Source: Candidatus Parcubacteria bacterium
GTDB lineage: Bacteria > Patescibacteriota > Minisyncoccia > UBA6257 > HR35
Reading direction: 5' to 3'
Length of the DNA stretch: 64,000 bases
NCBI GenBank assembly: GCA_026004535.1
Contig: BPJI01000001.1
Span: 324,523-388,522 of the forward strand
This document shows, one piece after another, positions 59,427 through 64,000 of the stretch (positions are counted from its first letter, which is position 1; each line of letters opens with the position of its first letter). Under the pieces are notes generated by a model, which was not told where the DNA came from, did no database searches, and saw only the letters and a program-made list of their open reading frames with translations. Position numbers and translations under genes: made by a program.

Positions 59427-60782
59427 ATGGAACCAGAAATTTTAACCAGTTTATCGATTGAAGAAGTTGAAGAGGCTCTTTTGGGTGCGCTTTTAATTGA
59501 TGATGAAGCTGTAATCCGAATTATTGATATTTTAAAACCAGATGATTTTATTAGGAGAGAGAATCAAATTATTTATCAAGCAATTTTAGATTTATTTGAA
59601 AGAAGAATGGGTATTGATTTGGTAACTGTTGGAAGTAGATTGAAAGAAAAAAAACTTTTAGACGAAATTGGTGGCCAGGATTATTTAGTCTATCTAATTC
59701 ATAAAGCACCAACAATTGGTAATGTTTATGCTTATGCTCGAATAATTAAAACCAATAAAGCTAAGAGAGATTTAACTGAACTTTCAAGAAAAATTCAAGA
59801 GTTAATTCAAGAGGGAGGTAAAGATGCTGCTGAACTGATTGATGAAGTCGAAAAAAGAATCTTTTCAATTGCTGAAAGAGTTTATCCTTATGAATTTACT
59901 CCAGTCAGTTCTTTAATTGAACAAAGCTTGAAAAGAATCGAAGATTTACAAAAAGGGATTGTGATTCGTGGCATACCAACTGGTTTTCCTAAATTAGATC
60001 TTTATTTAGGAGGATTCCAAAAATCTGATTTAATTATTTTAGCTTCGAGGCCATCTCAGGGTAAAACTGCCTTAGCTTTAAATATTGCTCGCTATTTAGG
60101 TGTTCAAGAAAAAATTCCAGTTGGTATTTTTTCTTTAGAGATGTCAAAAGACCAAATTATTGATAGATTAATTGCTTTGGAAGCTGGCGTTAGTTTGTGG
60201 CGTTTAAGAACTGGAAGATTGATTAATGAAGGAGATGTTGATGAGCTAGCTCTGGTTTATGAAGCGAGTGAAAGATTAAAAATTGCACCGATTTTCGTTG
60301 ATGATAGTCCTGCTTTAACTGATTTGCAAATAAGAACAATGTCCAGAAAATTAAAGCATGAGATTGGTGAATTGGGTCTTTTGATAATCGATTATTTACA
60401 ATTAATAAGGGCCAACAAACAAATAGAAAATAGGGTTCAAGAAGTTTCAGAAATTTCTAAAAATCTAAAGGAATTAGCTAGAGAATTAGAGGTTCCTGTT
60501 TTGGCTATCTCTCAACTTTCTCGCGAACCAGAAAAAAGAGTTTCTGCAATTCCAAGATTAAGTGATTTGAGAGAAAGTGGAAGTATTGAACAAGATGCTG
60601 ATGTTGTTTTATTCATTCATCGGCCCAAAGAAGGAGCAGCAGCTTTGCCCTCAAATCAAGTAAACATTATAATTGCTAAGCATCGAAATGGACCAATTGG
60701 AAGTATCGATTTATATTTTGATCCTGATACTGTTTCTTTCTATTCAATTGAAGAAGTTGAGCAAGAATTGGAATATCACTGA
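59427..60782 (+). CDS. dnaB: replicative DNA helicase
   Basis: TGF..LD, ASRPSQGKT, FSLEMS, IDYLQL, SQLSR, LRESGSIEQDAD, AKHRNGP. Confidence 0.97.
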   Translation: MEPEILTSLSIEEVEEALLGALLIDDEAVIRIIDILKPDDFIRRENQIIYQAILDLFERRMGIDLVTVGSRLKEKKLLDEIGGQDYLVYLIHKAPTIGNVYAYARIIKTNKAKRDLTELSRKIQELIQEGGKDAAELIDEVEKRIFSIAERVYPYEFTPVSSLIEQSLKRIEDLQKGIVIRGIPTGFPKLDLYLGGFQKSDLIILASRPSQGKTALALNIARYLGVQEKIPVGIFSLEMSKDQIIDRLIALEAGVSLWRLRTGRLINEGDVDELALVYEASERLKIAPIFVDDSPALTDLQIRTMSRKLKHEIGELGLLIIDYLQLIRANKQIENRVQEVSEISKNLKELARELEVPVLAISQLSREPEKRVSAIPRLSDLRESGSIEQDADVVLFIHRPKEGAAALPSNQVNIIIAKHRNGPIGSIDLYFDPDTVSFYSIEEVEQELEYH

Positions 60783-60885
60783 TTTAATTCATCAGTTCCG
60801 AGTTAACGAGTTATGAGTTTAAATTAATATTAATAAAAATAGGAATTCGTAATACGGACCGAGGAATTTATGAATTCATATTATT

Positions 60886-61482
60886 ATGTTAATTCCGTTA
60901 TTTAAAAAAATTATTGAATTTTTTGATTCTTTTCCTGAAATTGGGCCGAGACAGGCAATGAGACTATTTTTTTGGTTGGTTAAGCAAGATAAAGAAACGA
61001 AAAATAAATTTTTGGAAAATTTAAAAGTTTTATTTGAAAATGTAAATTTCTGCCAAAATTGTTTTTTTCCAACAACAGAAAAACTTTGCTTAATTTGTTC
61101 TAATCCTAAAAGGAAAGATGAAATAATTGCTTTAGTCGCTCGAGAAACCGATGTTTTAAGTTTAGAGACAGCTAAAGTTTTTAAAGGTAAATATTTTATT
61201 TTAGGTGGTTTAATTTTGCCTTTTGAGGATAAGGGTTTGATTAAAGAAAGATTAAAAATTCTTGAAAAAAGATTAGAAGATGGAAAAATTGAAGAAGTTA
61301 TTGTTGCCTTACCTTATACGCGCGAGGCTGAACCAACTTTAAAACATTTAGAAATTTTAAGAAAAAAATTCCCCCAAGTTAAATTTAGTTTTTTAGCTAA
61401 AGGAATTCCTCTTGGCGGTGAGATTGAATTTATTGACCCAGAGACATTAAAAGAAGCAATTGAAAAACGAATATCGCCCTGA
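60886..61482 (+). CDS. recR: recombination mediator RecR
   Basis: P.IGPR.A.RL, CxxC...CxxC, KGIPLGGEIEF.D..TL. Confidence 0.92.
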   Translation: MLIPLFKKIIEFFDSFPEIGPRQAMRLFFWLVKQDKETKNKFLENLKVLFENVNFCQNCFFPTTEKLCLICSNPKRKDEIIALVARETDVLSLETAKVFKGKYFILGGLILPFEDKGLIKERLKILEKRLEDGKIEEVIVALPYTREAEPTLKHLEILRKKFPQVKFSFLAKGIPLGGEIEFIDPETLKEAIEKRISP

Positions 61483-61714
61483 TTTACATCGGATGAATTT
61501 ACCCGGATTTAAACCGGATATAATTACCCGGATGTAAACCGGATATAACTACCCGGATGTAAATCGGATAATAGCTACCCGGATTTAGACCGGATGATTC
61601 ATAAAATATTTTTAATCCGGTAGTTTATCTGGGTAAAATAAATCCGATATTAATCCGGGTAATATTTTAATCCGGTATTTATCCGGGTAATCTATCCGGT
61701 TGGTTATCCGGGTA
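61476..61714. repeat. mirror-symmetric ACC(C)GGAT array D
   Basis: Forward units to about 61596, centre GATTCATAAAATATTTTTA, inverted units after. Confidence 0.92.
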
Positions 61715-61721
61715 GTTAAGT

Positions 61722-62186
61722 TTAAGAATAAATTTTTTTGATTACATAAACAGTATTGCCTTTAGGAGTTTTAACTAAAACTTCTTGACCAATTTTTTTA
61801 TTTAGGAATGCTTGACCTAAAGGTGATTCAGTTGAAATTTTTCCTTCTAATGGATTACTTTCGCCAAAACCAACTAATGTAAAAGTATATTTTTTGTTTG
61901 ATCCCTTTTCAATAACTTCAAATTTACTTCCAGGCAAGATACGATCGCTTCTTTTCGTGTTTCTTATTATTTTTGCTGTTCTTAGGACATTTTCTATTTC
62001 CATAATTTTTCTTTCTAATCTTTCTTTTTCATTCATAGCAATATCGTATTCAGCATTCTCACTAATATCTCCTAATTCAAAAGCACTTTTTAGTCTCTTA
62101 GCAACTTTTTCCCTCTCAACAGTTTTAAGATATTCTAGTTCCTTTTTTAATTTTTCGTATTGTTCTTTTGAAATATAAGTTATCAT
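61722..62186 (-). CDS. greA: transcription elongation factor GreA
   Basis: GDISENAEYD.A, IS.ESPLG.A. Confidence 0.95.
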   Translation of the reverse strand: MITYISKEQYEKLKKELEYLKTVEREKVAKRLKSAFELGDISENAEYDIAMNEKERLERKIMEIENVLRTAKIIRNTKRSDRILPGSKFEVIEKGSNKKYTFTLVGFGESNPLEGKISTESPLGQAFLNKKIGQEVLVKTPKGNTVYVIKKIYS

Positions 62187-62266
62187 TAGAAAAATATTAT
62201 ACTCAAAATTTTTTGTCTGTCAAGTTTTTGAAAATTTTTGAAAATTTTATAAAATGAATGTTATAA

Positions 62267-62707
62267 ATGGACAGAGAAAGACAAATATTTAAAAAAGGAG
62301 AAGAATTTATGATTGTTTTGGGAATCGTTTTAAATAAAAAAGGTGAGGTTTTGATTGTTAAAAGAAAGAAAAAAGAGATTACTGCGAACGGCAAAGAATT
62401 TATTTGGGCTTTTCCTGGAGGTCGACAAGAAAAAGGAGAAACTAGAGAAGATAGAGTAGTTTCAGAGGTTTTGGCTGAAACAGGTTATAAAGTAAAACCA
62501 TTAAGACAAATTCATCTTAGAGTTCATCCTGATACTTTAACTCTGATTGCTTATTTTCTTTGTGAATTAGAAAAGGAAGAGCCTGTTCAAGAGATAGAGG
62601 AAAAAGATGAAGTTGAAGAAGTTCGTTGGGTTAAACCAGAAGAATTAAAAAATTATTTCACAACTGATATTGACCCAGAAGTTAAAAAAATTTTAAATAT
62701 TGATTAA
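62267..62707 (+). CDS. NUDIX hydrolase
   Basis: WAFPGG.QE.GET....V.SEV.AETG Nudix box variant. Confidence 0.88.
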   Translation: MDRERQIFKKGEEFMIVLGIVLNKKGEVLIVKRKKKEITANGKEFIWAFPGGRQEKGETREDRVVSEVLAETGYKVKPLRQIHLRVHPDTLTLIAYFLCELEKEEPVQEIEEKDEVEEVRWVKPEELKNYFTTDIDPEVKKILNID

Positions 62708-62744
62708 TAATTAAGTATCGCTAACAACTTTAGAAAATTTTCAA

Positions 62745-62950
62745 CCGCTGACAGCTGCGGAAATGTTTTAACCACTAGGATGGTCTATTGGATATAGTTA
62801 CCCGGATAACCAACCGGATATCTATTTACCCGGATAACTTACCGGATTATATTTACCCTGATGATTACCGGATAAATCCGGTTTATATCCGGGCAGTGGT
62901 TATCCGGTTTAAATCCGGGTAGAAAATATTTTTCAGCTGCTGTCCGCGGT
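62745..62950. repeat. ACC(C)GGAT mirror array E with terminal inverted repeats
   Basis: Left end ACCGCTGACAGCTGCGGAAA, right end TTTCAGCTGCTGTCCGCGGT. Confidence 0.88.
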
Positions 62951-62962
62951 AAATATATATAA

Positions 62963-64000
62963 ATGAAAATAAAAATTGGTCTTTGTGGATTGCCTAATAG
63001 TGGTAAATCAACTTTTATTAAGCTTGTTAGTCAGGTTGAAGTTTTAATTGCTTCTTATCCATTTACAACCTTAAAAGCCCAAGAATATGCGGTTCCAATT
63101 TTTTCTGATGAATTAAAATTACTCCATTCAATCACTCAAACAAAAGAAGTTATTCCTCCTTATTTATTTTTCGTTGATGTTCCAGGGCTTATTCGTGGTG
63201 CCCATAAAGGCGATGGTTTGGGTAATGAATTTTTAAGTTATTTAAGAGGCTGTGATGTTATTCTAGAAATTGTAAGAAATTTTAAAAGAGAAGAGGTTCC
63301 TCATCCTGAGGGTGATATCAATCCTTTAAGAGATATTAAAATTATTGAAGAAGAGATCTTTTTAGCTGATAAAGAAATAATTGAACGAACAATCAAAAAA
63401 TTAGAAAAAGAAAAAAATAAAGAGGGAGAAGAAAAAATAAAAGCTTTGGAAAATATATTAACTAAAATATACTCAGAACTAAACAGAACTAACTCAGAAC
63501 TAACAGAAACTAATACAGAATTAGTAGAAAGTAAAATAGATAAAATTCAAAGATTTACTGAATTTAATGAACTATTAAAAGAATTTAATCTGCTTTTAAC
63601 TAAAGAATGGTTTTTGTTGATTAACGGAGAGGCTACGGATTTACACGGATTTAATTCATCCACGGATTTACACGGATTGAATTTGCCCACGGATTTAGGC
63701 GGATCGTTTAAGAATGTTTATAATTTAGATTTATTATGGGAAATTGAACTTATAGAAAGTAAAATCCAAGAAAATGAATTTAAACCCAAAGTTTTTGATT
63801 TTTTAAATCAATTTAGAAAAGATCTTGGCCTAATTCAATTTTTTACCTTTACTCGAGATATTACTCAGGGATGGTTTGTTAAGAAAGATAGCTCAATGAT
63901 TGAGGCAGCAACTTTGATTCATACTGATTTTGGTGTAAAATTTAAAATAGCTGAAACAATTTTTCTAGAAGATTTTGTTAAAATTTGTAAGTCACGGATT
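62963..64000 (+). CDS. ychF: YchF/Obg-family ATPase (partial, runs off the window), with repeat insertions
   Basis: IGLCGLPNSGKST, YPFTT, FVDVPGL.RGAHKGDGLGNEFL, IHTDF. Confidence 0.88.
   Translation, partial: MKIKIGLCGLPNSGKSTFIKLVSQVEVLIASYPFTTLKAQEYAVPIFSDELKLLHSITQTKEVIPPYLFFVDVPGLIRGAHKGDGLGNEFLSYLRGCDVILEIVRNFKREEVPHPEGDINPLRDIKIIEEEIFLADKEIIERTIKKLEKEKNKEGEEKIKALENILTKIYSELNRTNSELTETNTELVESKIDKIQRFTEFNELLKEFNLLLTKEWFLLINGEATDLHGFNSSTDLHGLNLPTDLGGSFKNVYNLDLLWEIELIESKIQENEFKPKVFDFLNQFRKDLGLIQFFTFTRDITQGWFVKKDSSMIEAATLIHTDFGVKFKIAETIFLEDFVKICKSRI

Noticed and set aside
4520-62394. Short antisense or alternate-frame ORFs inside serS, pilB, alaS, polX, rgy, greA and others
   Set aside because: Shadow ORFs of well-supported genes with no recognisable motifs

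Overview
AT-rich, gene-dense chromosomal segment of a Patescibacteria (CPR, probably Parcubacteria-like) bacterium. Reverse gyrase suggests it is thermophilic. It carries an unlinked 16S rRNA gene with a non-canonical 3' anti-Shine-Dalgarno end, nine intact tRNAs, housekeeping genes (serS, lysS, short alaS, argS, gyrB, clpP, clpB, trmD, secE-nusG-rplK, pyrG, dcd, tmk, mnmA, dnaB, recR, greA, ychF), a type IV pilus cluster and several toxin-antitoxin modules. Four unexplained layers stand out. (1) Surface and fibre genes have identical 5' constant regions and unrelated 3' regions, and in the fibre genes the modules are punctuated by an invariant GC-rich 21-nt box (7 copies). (2) Periodic oligomer arrays are pervasive: mirror-symmetric CCGGAT arrays with shared termini, and heptad arrays flanking four-helix-bundle genes. 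They also sit in frame inside essential genes. (3) A conserved ~90-135 nt element follows three different tRNAs, with ends matched to each host tRNA's T-arm. (4) Many genes look leaderless, some from bidirectional minimal promoters. All calls are from reading the sequence; no searches were run.
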